Of a stretch of DNA of 64,000 bases, positions 1-13,254 are shown one piece after another. Source of the DNA: Tubulanus polymorphus. Taxonomy: Eukaryota > Animalia > Nemertea. How positions within the stretch are numbered: the stretch's first letter is position 1; each line of letters opens with the position of its first letter. Under the pieces are notes generated by a model that saw nothing but the letters and a program-made list of their open reading frames with translations, searched no databases and had not been told where the DNA came from. The DNA is taken from positions 19,165,910 to 19,229,909 of the forward strand of contig NC_134031.1 of the NCBI RefSeq assembly GCF_964204645.1, read 5' to 3'. The position numbers were made by a program, and so were the translations under genes.

Positions 1-799
1 GAGGGTCGTTCAGAGCGAGGCAAAAACTAATAACACAAAGACACCAGGGGTCGGCTTCTCAAACCGAATTACAACCAAATAACAATTGTTGAAGTCATTG
101 AAGGTTGTGAAGGTTACATAAATAACTAATCATAATTTTGCTTTGCGAAACTATCCCCTGGGTTTGAAAAGAGTCTGGAATGACCTTTGAATATCTTAAT
201 ATGGAGGAGAATTGAGTGGCCCCAGGGATGTTGTTTTACCAACTAGCATATAGATAGATACAATATAATTTATCTATCCTGACTACAATTAGTGGTATGA
301 GGAAATTGATTTTCACAAGGTAGTATATGTCTAAATACATTTTACAATTAGTAAATGTACAATTCTCGATTTGAACTAGACAGTGCTGCCGTCAGTGGCA
401 TTTCGACTAACTAATCCATCATTCTTGGGGGCTTGAAAAACAGCTGAATGGCAGACATTCAAACCAGCACGATATCTACGCAATCTTTTTTAACCGAACT
501 GTCAATCATAATCTGCGTCTATGAGTTATTTAAGTCCAAGTATTTCATTGTAGAATCGCGTGCATGCTATTTTCACAACAGGAAACTACAGTGTTTTATC
601 TGAGGCAGTTTTCCTACATTATCTCGCTCTGCGTACACTGAATAGTTAACGTTCTTTAACATGAAATAAAGAAAATGCTTCATGTTTAAAAAGTTTATCC
701 TTCAACACACTGTTTTACAGGTCCCGGACACAGTCAGATGAGGTCGAGATTTCACAGAACATTTGATAGATGAAATCAAAACCAAATCTATGGAAATCC

Positions 800-900
800 T
801 CACAATTGTGGAACTGGGTTCAGAGACAATAGAAATCGACACAACTGTGAAACTGGGTCTAGTTTCAAATAAGACCCACGTAACTGGTGAACTCCGAGAC
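800..900 (+). repeat. Degenerate ~40-bp minisatellite (CACAACTGTGGAACTGGG family)
   Basis: 2-3 diverged units; same family as 1636-1830 (inverted), 20765-21013 and 21690-21905. Confidence 0.6.
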
Positions 901-1635
901 AAAGCCCAGTGGAGTCAGCTTTAAATAAATCATTGATTAATTTTTTTCTCTTGTGTCGCTTTATTCGGTTCACATTGAATACAGGATATGAAGATTTTTT
1001 TCTCACTTCAATGAGAGAATGCTGGATTAGATCAGCCACTCTTATAACTATGTGTAGGTCTAATGTCAATAATCATTGTTTATTGTGTGACCTATTGTAT
1101 TGAATAAACTAGATAGGTGAACTAATACATTTTTTAACCACTACTAATACAATGCTAACACTTTGTATGTATTTGGGTTGCATATCCTCCAGTGCATCCA
1201 GCATACAGACTATACACCTTCATCCTAAAAACTCTGAAGTAAAGACCAACAGTATTCCCCTTCCCCAGTACATAAATTTGACAATTCTCAATAATGTCTG
1301 GTTCAGATTCATCAGCTTTTAGAAATAATGATTCTACAACTACTCGACCATTCATTCGCCGACATCCATCTTTTGAACGCTAAAAGGCTTTCAAATACGT
1401 GAACCGAGTAAAACTGAATTTATTACTACAATGATTTAGAGGTGAAATGAGTGCATTCTATACGAGAGAGAAAGAGTCCGTAGTTCATTTACTACACATG
1501 TTTATAAACCACACAACTAACCACACAGTTTTACCACATATCAACTACAAAGCTGGAAAATCCCCTCGAAACCTTCATTCATCATCTGTGCTTCATTTAC
1601 TATCTTCAACGATAGAGTTGTATAAGTTTGAGAAG

Positions 1636-1830
1636 CCAGTTCCACATTTAGATGAATTCCTTTCTGAACACAGTTCCACACGAATACGTGCATTGAATTT
1701 GCGGACTCAGTTCCACAGTTCTGTGGGTGGAATTTGACTCTGAACCCAGTTCCACAGTTGTGTGGGTTCAATTTGGCTCTGAAGTCAGTTTCACAGTTGT
1801 ATGGGTTAGATTTGTCTCTGGACCCAGAGT
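1636..1830 (-). repeat. ~40-bp minisatellite, inverted relative to 800-900
   Basis: Repeated CCAGTTCCACAGTTGTGTGGG...TTTGACTCTG units. Confidence 0.7.
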
Positions 1831-3109
1831 TCTCAATTATTATTGGAGTTTAATTAGTTTATGGATCCAGTTCAGTTCTTAAATTGACTTCGGACCCCTT
1901 CTCCAGTTGGTTTATAATATGATTTTGACAGTGGACTCTGCGCACTTCCAGACAGTAGTCATGATGTTTCAGGTAACCATCTCTCAGGCGATTGTTGTGT
2001 TAGGTAGAAATATCTACAAAAATCCATAAAACTTGGAACCAGACTCGATTCCGAGAATGCAAATAATATGAAACAGACATTAATGCATAGTTTATTAACG
2101 CGAGATTTCCGATAATAAAAGTGTAACAACGACGACACAACGTCAATTTCTAGAAATAATAGTCGACGAGTCTCCGCACGACGAAAGCAAATCCGATTAA
2201 ATTCATGAATAAATTTATAAAAACTTTTATCCCGGCGAAGACCTAATCGCGTAATCACCATACGGAGAAAAGGGTTGGGGCCTCGATGACGGAGGTTCGA
2301 TTGTAGATATGACCACCGACTGTTTTATTCTTTCCCTCGTGTCAAAAATTCACGGGACATTTCAAAACATCCGACGACAATTACGATGAAGATGAGCGCC
2401 GGGAGTTGCCGGGAGACGGCCACTGAATTCATTCAGTCTCTTTACATTGTTTAATTATGGATGTACCTATGAACGCAGATGGTCACTGTCCCATCGACCG
2501 ACCGCAGGTAAAACTAACCTTCTCAAAGTTCAAACCATCAAAAATATACAATAGGTTTATATTATCACCTCTTCAACATGGTCGGATAGAGTTGAACCTC
2601 TGTGAGGCTTATCGTACATCATTTTCTCGGATACCTTTCTTCAGCAATCCAGGAAGGACTCACACCTTCCCCTCAATAATCTTTAAGTGTACGCTTTAAG
2701 GTCAAGCATTTTAATCCCGATTATAGTTGCCCAAATATGGAATTCTTAAACTCTTAAACTGGGTCAAATAATAGATGGATACCATGTTGACCTACAATAG
2801 TTATATAGGTATCGATTTGGTATGAATGGTTCTGCTTTAAAGTGTTTCTTTATCTGTCGGGAATATAATATCTGATCCCTTCTCATTGATTTCACATGTT
2901 CTACACGTCGCTCCTAGCTCCAGACTCCTGCAGGCTCTTGTGTACATCGAGTAGAAATTCAAGCCGTTCGACTAAAGTAAGACCTCTGGACATGTTCCGA
3001 GGTGAAAATAAACGCAGAAAATTGAATTGCCACCAATCAATCAGTAATCAGGCATCTTCCTACAGCGTGCAGCTAGGAATACCAGTTCATTCACATATAC
3101 AGAGTACAG

Positions 3110-3527
3110 ACAAGAGAGGGAGAGAGAGACAGAGAGAGAGAGACGGGGAGAGAGAGGAAGAGAGACAGAGAGAGAGGAAGAGAGACAGAGAGATCGACAG
3201 ACAGAGAGAGAGAGGGGGAGAGAGAGGAAGAGAGACAGAGAGAGAGGGAGAGAGAGATGGACCTCTGATATATCCATCCAGTATAGCAGATACATAGCAC
3301 AAGACAGAGAGAAAGAGGGGGAGAGAGGAGACAGAGAGAGAGGAAGAGAGTCAGAGAGGGAGAGAGAGATGGACCTCTGATATATCCATCCAGTATAGCA
3401 GATACATAGCACAAGACAGAGAGAAAGAGGGGGAGAGAGGAGACAGAGAGAGAGGAAGAGAGTCAGAGAGGGAGAGAGAGATGGACCTCTGATATATCCA
3501 TCCAGTATAGCAGATACATAGCACAAG
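3110..3527. repeat. GA-rich microsatellite within a 112-bp tandem repeat (3 copies)
   Basis: Identical core ATGGACCTCTGATATATCCATCCAGTATAGCAGATACATAGCACAAG at 3257, 3369 and 3481, separated by GA-rich tracts. Confidence 0.95.
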
Positions 3528-4099
3528 CAGCAACGTAATCATCATAGCTGTAAGCGATGTTTATGTGTGTCGATGTCGTTGTCATTTATTCAGACTCTGA
3601 TACTCCGATAACGTTTTACCAACGGAGAATTTCACGAGTTCAATCAATTTTTAACCATGAACCGGAAATCAGGAATCACCGACACAAACGATGTAAAAAT
3701 GTTCTGTTCTCCTGAACAGCTTTACGAATGCTTAATACTGAGATTATTGAGATAGTTGAATTCCACACGAATTAGGCGGCAGAATCTACTGCTATTTCTT
3801 GAACTAAATGGCCACACTTCATAGATAGGTATCTACTGTCAAAACATAGAGAGAGAGAGAGAGCAGGAACGGATCCAGGAATTTAGAATAGGGGCCCAAA
3901 ACTTCTTAAACATTAAGCAAGCTAGCGCGCCATACGTGCATAGCCTTTTAAGTGGATTACGGAGTCCTACCTCAAGAAAATTTTTTTAAATTGATCATAT
4001 TCTGAACATGCAGAATGATTCTAACACAAAATGACCGGAAATAATTTACAACTGTTTGTGGAGGTTGAGAAAACGTTCATCATCGTGGGTCTTACGTAC

Positions 4100-4306
4100 A
4101 TTTCTTATTATGATAAATTCCCGAGATGAAAACTAGGTCACCGGGCTTCATATCTTGTTCTCGTTGGACGTCTATAGGTAAGAGATCGTACATGTAAGCC
4201 TGGTTCCACGGTCCCAGCCGAAATCCGAAATCTTTCTGTAGGTCACGCATTATCTGACGAACAAGACCGCAACAATCTAGAAACTTTGGAGAATTGTATT
4301 CCGCAT
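4100..4306 (-). CDS. NlpC/P60-like cysteine peptidase gene, coding exon 3 (catalytic Cys exon); gene continues beyond the left window edge
   Basis: Acceptor TTTTTTTGTAG ending at 4307; reads (D)AEYNSPKFLDCCGLVRQIMRDLQKDFGFRLGPWNQAYMYDLLPIDVQREQDMKPGDLVFISGIYHNKK. DCxGLV and PGDLVF are NlpC/P60 signatures. Donor is either GTACGT (exon end 4100) or GTAAG (end 4096). Phase-1 join with exon 5196-5346 is in frame. Confidence 0.85.
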
Positions 4307-5195
4307 CTACAAAAAAATACATACATTCAATATCATACGTTTAAGAATGACAGCTTTGATGAAACATACGGATACTTTGGACAAGTTCTCATTTCATTCT
4401 GCGGCCCAATCAGGACTAAGACAGAGGCTGATCCAGGGTGACTTTTAGGGCTTGTACAGTCCATCAAAATTTTTGGGTGCCCCTTTTGTTTTGTTAGTAA
4501 ACTAAAAATCGATGAATTTCATTGCGGGAGTGCTCTTAATATTGCCTTTTTGGGACATCAAAGTGCCCTTTTGGGATGTGACAAGTTCTTCAGAATGTTT
4601 TAAAGTCGAATCATCACTTTTTGACCACAAATCATTGATGATTTTGATTCAGATCTAACTCAACACTGGAGAGGAACCCATTGATCAGAAAGTATTCAAC
4701 ATTAGATATCAATATCCAAACTAATTCTGTAACCGAGTAAAGTGGGCCGAAATGCTAATATAAACGGATACATTTCCAACAAAGGTCAAGAGTTAAATGT
4801 ACTTCCTTTATTCTAAAAAGATGTCACTGACATGCCTAGATAACCTAAACTTATTCATAGTCAGGCAAATATTTCACAAGCACGTAGGACATGAAATCGA
4901 AATAATATCAACTACTATTAGTCTCAAAAGAATATCAAACATTTGCTGTGCAGTCCTGCAGTTTTGGGTAAATTTGACTAAATTAGTTTATTTTCAATTA
5001 ATTACTATAAGACCCACAATACTATATAAAATTTCGAAGATTTCAAACACAACATATTTCGCAACAAGACTTAGAGACCAAGATTTCTTCAGAGACCAAT
5101 TGTTAATCTTTTAAATTTTGGGTTCTTATCAACTATTCTACATCTCATAGTGTACCACCCCCCCCCCCTAGGGTCCTGATTGTATCAATTATTAC

Positions 5196-5346
5196 CTTCT
5201 TCAGACCAGTATTTACGTTTATATGGAACGCCAAAATATTTCTTCGCCGTTTCTAGAAATTTCTTTCGCAAATCGTACATTTCTTGCGGATCTTGCTTGC
5301 TCCTTAATTCCAGCTCCTTGATCTTCCTCGCCTCCCTCAACTCAGC
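5196..5346 (-). CDS. NlpC/P60-like peptidase gene, coding exon 2
   Basis: TTACAG acceptor and GTAAT donor; 151 nt reading AELREARKIKELELRSKQDPQEMYDLRKKFLETAKKYFGVPYKRKYWSEE. AKKYFGVPY matches the NlpC/P60 N-terminal A..Y.G.PY motif. Not in the ORF track. Confidence 0.85.
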
Positions 5347-6402
5347 CTGTAATTAAAAGCGTAAATATTCAGACTTCGTGGCTACGAAATAGCTTTTAAC
5401 CTCCGTTGAAAAGTTGATTACTCTAAATCCCGGATCTCATAAACGTTCACAAATTGAAACTAATGCTATGTGATGGTACGTTCAGGTTCATCAGAAAATG
5501 TAGAATCAACCAAAATCAACCAGCAATATTTGACATTCAACTTCCATTTGACGCAATTCTTTGCACAGGATTCACAGTGAAATAAGAGACAATTTCTTCA
5601 TTTCTCTGTTCAGTTCAATACAACTGGACCAAGTTTTAAAGTTATGAGTTCAGATCTGACTCAGGATTCAACCGATAGGATACCCGCAATGTGGTACTGT
5701 GGCAATCAAGGATTCCACGTATGGCAGGCAAGCAAAGATGCACCAAGTTCGCTAGATAGTCAGTCTTCCGAAGAAATATATAAAAATCATTACATTAAAT
5801 ATCGATCAATTAACAAATAAATATCATTACATCATTGATTTAATGATATTAATAAATCATCAATTAATAATATACACAAATTAAACTTCTGTAAGTGCCA
5901 TCGGACCTTTTTCATAAAAAGGCATATATTGCCGGATATCCCGGTTTAGAGGCCAGGTCCCAGATGGGAGAAATTTGAAGAAAAAAATGACCATCAAAAG
6001 TGACGATATACAAAGTAAAAATTTATCACCTAGAGAGAGGCCACCGAAGACGGAGGAGGATAAACATACGGAAGGTGAAATGACAATGAGAAACAAACAT
6101 CAAAGAGATTCCAACCATTGATTTCACTTCAAAGCCTAACGTTAACCACACATTGCCGATCATAAATTCAGTTTTATTGCTTTGCCACGGTATATTTCAG
6201 CTATTCCTGGTATCATTCTAGTCCCGGAAACAATCAACTCGGTCTCATTATTATCATTATATGCAGGGTTTGTTTCGTTATTATTGTGAGGTTGATGCAA
6301 ATGAATGTTAGTAGATATTGGAGAGACTGGATGGGACTCCTAGGCACACTACGGTGATTGAAAGTCTTTTGCAGAGATTGTGAGTCTTGTATCAAGAATA
6401 GA

Positions 6403-6702
6403 GCCGCGATCATTGGACAACTTTTGCCAATTTATGCGGGAACAACTCGTGCAAATGGGCCTGTGCCTGTTTGGTTTGTGCCGTTTGGCATGACCAAAAA
6501 TATCGGACCAGGCCCTGGTCAAATTTAGCACAGGTGAAATGATTGCGTGTGAATTGCTACAGGTTCTAGAAATGACTCACTTCGTATAAGAATTGTTAAG
6601 TATTGGGTGAGTGGTTTACGTGTGAACACGCTCTCCAATTAGGTACAGGCCAAATTTGATTCGGGCCTGATCAGTGCTAATTTGGCCTGGGCCAAAGGCT
6701 TA
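6403..6702. mobile_element. Diverged copy of a dispersed MITE-like family (GGCC/GTGCCAAA-rich)
   Basis: Shares AAATTTGGCC, GTGCCAAA and CCAGGCCC blocks with copies at about 11460-11620, 24596-24760, 32845-33025, 37125-37290 and 44220-44400. Confidence 0.55.
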
Positions 6703-8410
6703 TAGGAATCTACGACAGAGTAGGAATTCACGACAGAGTATGGGAGTTTTTTTGTGAAGATTGGGTTTCTTTCCTCAAAGAGATATTAAATCTTTTACTG
6801 AAACTAGAGCCCTTTACGGTGTCAGGGAGTCTACTTAAACAAATTCAAGATAGGCTTCTAGAAATTTCCTTTCTCCATCATTTGAATAGATGGTTTAATC
6901 CATAGAGAATCCAGACCTGGTTTCAAGAAAATGTTAAAGCTCAAAGTGCTGCACTTCTAATCGCTGCGATCATCAAAAACATGAAGTAACTGATACCATT
7001 TTGTTTAGAATTTTTCACGAAAAACTGGGCTCGAAAATCAGGGATGACATTTCAGACAAAACCACAAGCCTACACCAGTCTCAGAGCTTAATAACTTCAA
7101 ACGCAAAACATTTTACAGGAATAAAATCCTCACGACAAGAAAATGAATGAAACAAAATTTATAAAACAGTTCGCTTCAATTTCTGAGTACGGAGGGGTTA
7201 ATTTATGCGTTATAATGTACGCTTACTATTTTTATGAAAAAATGATTACTTTTAACATTTATTCAATTGTAAAAATCTAGCTCTTTGAATAGCCGAGTAA
7301 AGAGTCGGGTTGTTTTCTCTCATTTCTTTACATTTTTTGTATATGCCTTAACAACGACGACGACGAGACCGAAGACTGAAAACTCTCTCAGCAGACGGGG
7401 GGGGGGGGGGGACTTCATTGAAACATTCAGCTGAAAAACAGCTCGGCCGCCCGCGCCGCGCGAAATTATGCATATTGAATTGAATCATGCACGTCAGGTG
7501 TGTGCGTCATTATTCAAAAACAGTATGATAAGTTATTCATGTAGTCGTTTGATTGACAGCTCCTATTGAAATAACGTTGTATGGGAAAAATTTCTCTTAC
7601 GATCTCTAATACTAAATATGGCCGAACATCAATTCTATATAGTATTACATGTGTGTGTACTGTGGTCTGTCTTTACTTGTATGATATGATTTTTTTTCTT
7701 AGTATGAAAGAAACCTTTTTTTTGTCAAAAGAAATACTATCAGGTGCAGAGTGGGACCTAGTTATAACGGTCCCCCGAAGTTCGTTATAATGACGTTCCA
7801 TTTTAATTAAGAATCTGAGTTGTTTTCTAAAAAAAACAACAACAAAAAAACACCAAAACTATCCGTTGCGAATACATCTATTTATGACGAACAAATCTAA
7901 AAAAATGGTGAGAGGAGAAAGAGGAAAAGAGAGAAGAGAGAGGGAGACAGGAAAGAAGAGTCAGAGTAACAGGGAGAGATGGATGTGAAAGGTGAATATG
8001 AAGAGCAGAGAAAGTAGAAAGAGTGAATGATACCGGGAAGAGTATGGACGCGGAGAGGATAAAAAACAATATCTAGTTGTCACAACTCATCAGAATAATC
8101 ATCACATTTCATGATGAAAAATGGCTTTGACATCATATCCAACGACCTTGACCTCACAGATCATTAACACCGAGTTGCTGTGGAAAACGTTCATAAATTA
8201 ATTGATACGCTTTTTGCCGACGAAATATTGAATGAATCGGTAAGAGTTATATCATCACCATCATCATCACCATCATCATCATCATCGTCAGCAGTGACGA
8301 CTAGCGAATAAATTAATTTCAACAATCAGAGCAGACGTGTTCGTTCTGCTCTATAATCCTCACCTAGTCAAAACAATCATTGTCTTAAATCTATGGTTCA
8401 GGTTCAGGTT

Positions 8411-9980
8411 TTTAGATTGGTTATAGAACCAAAATGAGCTAGATTGGAAATTAGTTTGGCTATAGAACCAAAATGATTTTAGACTGCTTTCAAGTTGTTA
8501 GATTGCTTATAGAACCAAAATGAGCTAGACTGGTCTTAAGTTGTTTGATTGTTGGTTATAGAACCAAAATGAGCTTAGACTGGTCTTAAGTTGTTTGATT
8601 GTTGGTTATAGAACCAAAATGAGCTTAGACTGGTCTTAAGTTGTTTGATTGTTGGTTATAGAACCAAAATGAGCTAGACTGGTCTTAAGTTGTTAGATTG
8701 TTGGTTATAGAACCAAAATGAGCTTAGACTCGTCTTAAGTTGTTAGATTGTTGGTTATAGAACCAAAATGAGCTTAGACTCGTCTTAAGTTGTTTGATTG
8801 TTGGTTATAGAACCAAAATGAGCTTAGACTCGTCTTAAGTTGTTTGATTGTTGGTTATAGAACCAAAATGAGCTAGACTGGTCTTAAGTTGTTTGATTGT
8901 TGGTTATAGAACCAAAATGAGCTTAGACTGGTCTTAAGTTGTTTGATTGTTGGTTATAGAACCAAAATGAGCTAGACTGGTCTTAAGTTGTTAGATTGTT
9001 GGTTATAGAACCAAAATGAGCTTAGACTCGTCTTAAGTTGTTTGATTGTTGGTTATAGAACCAAAATGAGCTTAGACTCGTCTTAAGTTGTTTGATTGTT
9101 GGTTATAGAACCAAAATGAGCTAGACTGGTCTTAAGTTGTTTGATTGTTGGTTATAGAACCAAAATGAGCTTAGACTGGTCTTAAGTTGTTTGATTGTTG
9201 GTTATAGAACCAAAATGAGCTTAGACTCGTCTTGAGTTGTTTGATTGTTGGTTATAGAACCAAAATGAGCTTAGACTGGTCTTAAGTTGTTTGATTGTTG
9301 GTTATAGAACCAAAATGAGCTTAGACTGGTCTTAAGTTGTTTGATTGTTGGTTATAGAACCAAAATGAGCTTAGACTGGTCTTAAGTTGTTTGATTGTTG
9401 GTTATAGAACCAAAATGAGCTTAGACTGGTCTTAAGTTGTTTGATTGTTGGTTATAGAACCAAAATGAGCTGCTTAGACTGGTCTTAAGTTGTTTGATTG
9501 TTGGTTATAGAACCAAAATGAGCTTAGACTCGTCTTGAGTTGTTTGATTATTGGTTATAGAACCAAAATGAGCTTAGACTGGTCTTAAGTTGTTTGATTG
9601 TTGGTTATAGAACCAAAATGAGCTGCTTAGACTGGTCTTAAGTTGTTTGATTGTTGGTTATAGAACCAAAATGAGCTTAGACTGGTCTTAAGTTGTTTGA
9701 TTGGTCATAGAACCAAAATGATTTTAGACTGGTTTCAAGTTGTTAGATTGGTTATAGAACCAAAATGAGCTTAGACTGGTCTTAAGTTGTTTGATTGGTC
9801 ATAGAACCAAAATGATTTTAGACTGGTTTCAAGTTGTTAGATTGGTTATAGAACCAAAATGAGCTTAGACTAGTCTTAAGTTGTTTGATTGGTCATAGAA
9901 CCAAAATGATTTTAGACTGGTTTCAAGTTGTTTGATTGGTTATGGAGCCAAAATGAGCTTAGACTGGTCTTAAGTCATTA
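8411..9980. repeat. ~50-bp satellite array, about 32 copies
   Basis: Unit TTGGTTATAGAACCAAAATGAGCTTAGACTGGTCTTAAGTTGTTTGATTG with 46, 49 and 53-bp variants. Confidence 0.98.
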
Positions 9981-11459
9981 GATCGGCAATGGAATTGAAA
10001 TGAGCTAATATTCGTGTAGATGACTTTAAGAACAGCCGCACGCTCACGCTCCATAGAGCTAGAGCCGATTACTAGAAAACTGTAGATAAAAACTTTAATA
10101 CACGACATGCCTCGCTGACGTGTGTTACCCGTAACAACGAGGATTTAAACAATATCAGCTTATAGTTGTTGTTTTATAACGCAAAATCCAGCCATCAATT
10201 CGGATTAAGACTATAAAATGTTCTAGGTAGAAAACTGAGTGCAGTTTAAGACTGTGTGTCTACACTGTTCAGGTGTCACCGTCAACTTCTATGAATAGTC
10301 TCGTTTTTTTCCGCCAAAATCAAATTTAACCAGATTTTATTTTTGCAATGTAGTTTCCGCAGAGTAGGATGAGAAGAGGAGGAAATAGAGAGTGGGGGAA
10401 GGGATGGAAATAAGGGAGTGGATAGAGTGCAAGGATAGTGAGAATGAAGTGTACTAAAAATTAACGGAGGGAAGGAGAAAGGGAGTGGAGAGTATAAGGA
10501 AAAAAAGAGGGTGTCGGGATATGAGAATAATAGGGGAGGAGATATGTTAGGAGGGAGGGAGGAAGGAGGGGGATGAGGATGGAGGGAGGAGGATGGAGGG
10601 GATGAGGAGGAAGGAGGAGGGAGCTGGTTACTGAATATTCAATAATACATGAACTGAGTGCGACGAGCATAAACAGAAACAAGCATTAATCGAAGATGAA
10701 AAATCAAAGCAGATGCTTGATCGATTTAGTTCATTTGTGGCTATTGCTGGACCGACTGAGAGAGAGAGAGGAGAAAGAGAGGAGAGAGAGAGGTAATGTA
10801 CGCACACAAGCAGCTTTACGAATTGCGAGAGAGCGCAGAAAATTATACAGGAAATTGTATAAAACGTTTCTTTGGTTGTAATGAAAATAACGGCCGTCGT
10901 CGTGCGTCGTGCGTCTGCTCGTGCACATGATTTCACTCTATAAAGACCACGTTAATGATTGGAAGGAAATTAATCGAAATTCGGTCCTTTTTTCAAAAGT
11001 GGAAACTCATTGACGCCGATGACGACGATATACGTATTACTCATTACAGAGTCGTAGAAATTATTCATTGACAAATGTTGAACGTCTGAACAACCAGATT
11101 GAAGATCAGGTGCCGCTACTTTTCAGCCCGCTGATGAGCTTTAGAATCTTGAACAAGTTGCAGCATCTTCCGATTTCATTTGAAGCAGCTTCTTTAGATT
11201 CCACAGTTTTCAATCGTTCAGCCCACCGAGTAGCTCCAATCAACCTTTGATTTTCTTTGAGCAAACGCATTGAAATCAATCTCGTTAGGCTCTGGAACCA
11301 GACCGGTAAATAAATATTTGTGGGTATTAAACAAGGTTTGATAATCTCCAATGAAGGAAGAAAATTTTTCAATCTAGAACTGATCACACGCCACAAAACA
11401 CGACGGTGTTGATGCCAGATCTATAGTTCTGATTCCAGAGTGGAAATTAACGCTACGAC

Positions 11460-11620
11460 CGTATGAACATTCTTGGCCTGGAACAATGATCACACGGGTG
11501 CCAAATGGGCCCGTACCAATTTGGCCAGACCCAAAACGTCGTCGTCCCAGGCCCAAGCCCATTTTATCACAGGTCAAATTATTGCCGATTCCGGAAACGA
11601 CCCACTTTGCTTTGAGCATT
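11460..11620 (+). mobile_element. Dispersed MITE-like family copy
   Basis: Aligns by eye with 37125-37290 (TCACACGGGTGCCAAA...CCAGGCCCAA...CACTTTG...AGCATT). Confidence 0.6.
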
Positions 11621-12272
11621 GTTTAGTATAAAGTGAGTGGTTTAACTGATACCTGTTAGTAATTAACTCATAGATACGGAACTGTGAATATAGATCTGAC
11701 ACAGTCAAATCTATGACATATCAACCTGAAACAACCTGTTTTCTGAATATGCCCGAGCCATGAAAGCTTCGTCAGTCGAAATTCAGGTATATGTATCAAT
11801 ATACTATGTAGATAATAACATTTCCTCGAGATCAATTTCTTTGAATAATTAATTTTTCATCACCAGATAATCAAAACTACAGCGACCGATCTCATTTGAT
11901 TGTTCCCAATTTAGAACAAGCCCTCACTCGCACTTGGCGGCGTTTTAGCCGCCGGGATATCTATCGGTGCCGGTAATTTGATGAATCATTGATAGCATTA
12001 AAATTTCAGGAGACATTGAATTGGAATAATTGGGTTGGAAATAACAATAACAATCGAATACCCGGAGAGCAGACGATATAAACACAGCACCACAAACAGA
12101 CCATACACTGTGGCACCAGCACCATTGTGGTACCAGTAAGTACCACCACTACCCAGGGGTAGATCCAGACGGGAGCATGAGGAGCACGTGCTCACGATGC
12201 AATTTTCCGCGCCCTTAGGAAAATACAATGACAAATGAGTCAACAAGAAACACTTTATCCGTGTATGATGAA

Positions 12273-12437
12273 TAACGAGAGAAATCCAACAATAAATTCA
12301 GCCGAAAATGAAAACTTCTCTAATAAAATGATATATGCTAATAGCATTTACCCGAAACGTTGCTCGTAATATATATATATATCATTCTAATATAGAATTT
12401 TCATTTGGCTGAATTTATTGTGGGATTTCTCTTGTTA
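12273..12437. mobile_element. Small fold-back / MITE-like inverted repeat
   Basis: ~45-bp imperfect arms (GAGAAATCCAACAATAAATTCAGCC versus GGCTGAATTTATTGTGGGATTTCTC) around an AT-rich spacer. Confidence 0.6.
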
Positions 12438-12867
12438 CAATGGCAAAATCTTTCAGGGCATTTCTTCCATCCAGAACTAATAAGACAGCAGCGCAAGATT
12501 TAGCTTATATTCTTTCTTAGATGTCCCTCAAGTGTCTAGAAATGGTATGAAAATCATTGAAATTTCAAAATTTTCCAGGCTCCTGTTTTGGCAGCATGGA
12601 TACAATCTGCCATTTTCATTTGTTTGCGCTCCTGTCAAACTCTGCCTGCTACCTTTAACATTCTCAGGATCCAGTTCTGTGGTCGTAGCAAATATTCAAG
12701 TCCTTACGAATTTTCGGTTGTAGATAAGATCAAACTCTTATGAGTTGAATTATGCACAGCTGGATATAGCTGGGAACTTAAACGTTGTATAGTGGGTTCA
12801 AATCTAATCAGAATTACTGAATTGATTTGAGTTAAATTCAGTTGATTTTGAATGACTTAAGACTTCA

Positions 12868-13254
12868 GGGCCCAGTTTCACAAAAAGGTCTAACTCTTAA
12901 ATCGATTTAATTTCTTCATTAATTCAGTTTATCTTAAATCGATTTAGGCCTTAACCATTTCAGTGCGTCTACACCGCAGTGCGGTGTATAAATCAGTGAT
13001 AGATTTTGCTAGTACACCGCACTGCGATCTATTGATGTAATTAGTAATTATCTCTTGAAAAATGGTAGCACCTGTCAAACATCGTGAAATACTAGTAACT
13101 AATGATACACCGCACCGCGGTGTAGACGCATTATAGTGGTATTCCCATTATTCAACACACTAGGGTGGAATTTTTAAAAATTTTCAAATTATCTCCAGCA
13201 CTATAGGGTATCAATTAGTCAGCAAGGGTCAATCTTTTTTGTGAAACTGGGCCC
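12868..13254. mobile_element. MITE with GGGCCCAGTTTCACAAAAA terminal inverted repeats (PIF/Harbinger-like) carrying a nested insertion
   Basis: GGGCCCAGTTTCACAAAAA at 12868 and TTTTTGTGAAACTGGGCCC ending at 13254. Confidence 0.8.
12955..13228. mobile_element. piggyBac-like (TTAA-target) non-autonomous element nested in the above MITE
   Basis: TTAA|CCATTTCAGTGC...GCAAGGG|TCAA; collinear and highly similar to the intact copy at 28188-28474. Confidence 0.85.

Noticed and set aside
2896-3545. Several 64-161 aa ORFs
   Set aside because: Translations of GA/CT microsatellite; the same applies to ORFs over (AT)n at 13711-14020, the repeat at 25270-25611 and the minisatellite at 33821-34132.
1-4090. 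Search for the catalytic-His exon of the NlpC/P60 gene
   Set aside because: No open exon with an H-V-x-I-like motif found by eye (HVEE at ~2575 runs into a stop); it probably lies left of the window.
8411-9980. CRISPR-like appearance of the regular arrays (also 3257-3527, 33864-34625 and 37903-38445)
   Set aside because: No unique spacers, no cas genes and a eukaryotic context; these are ordinary tandem repeats.
11106-11396. 96-aa minus-strand ORF with a possible acceptor
   Set aside because: No recognisable motif, weak polypyrimidine tract and an in-frame stop; cannot be supported as an exon.
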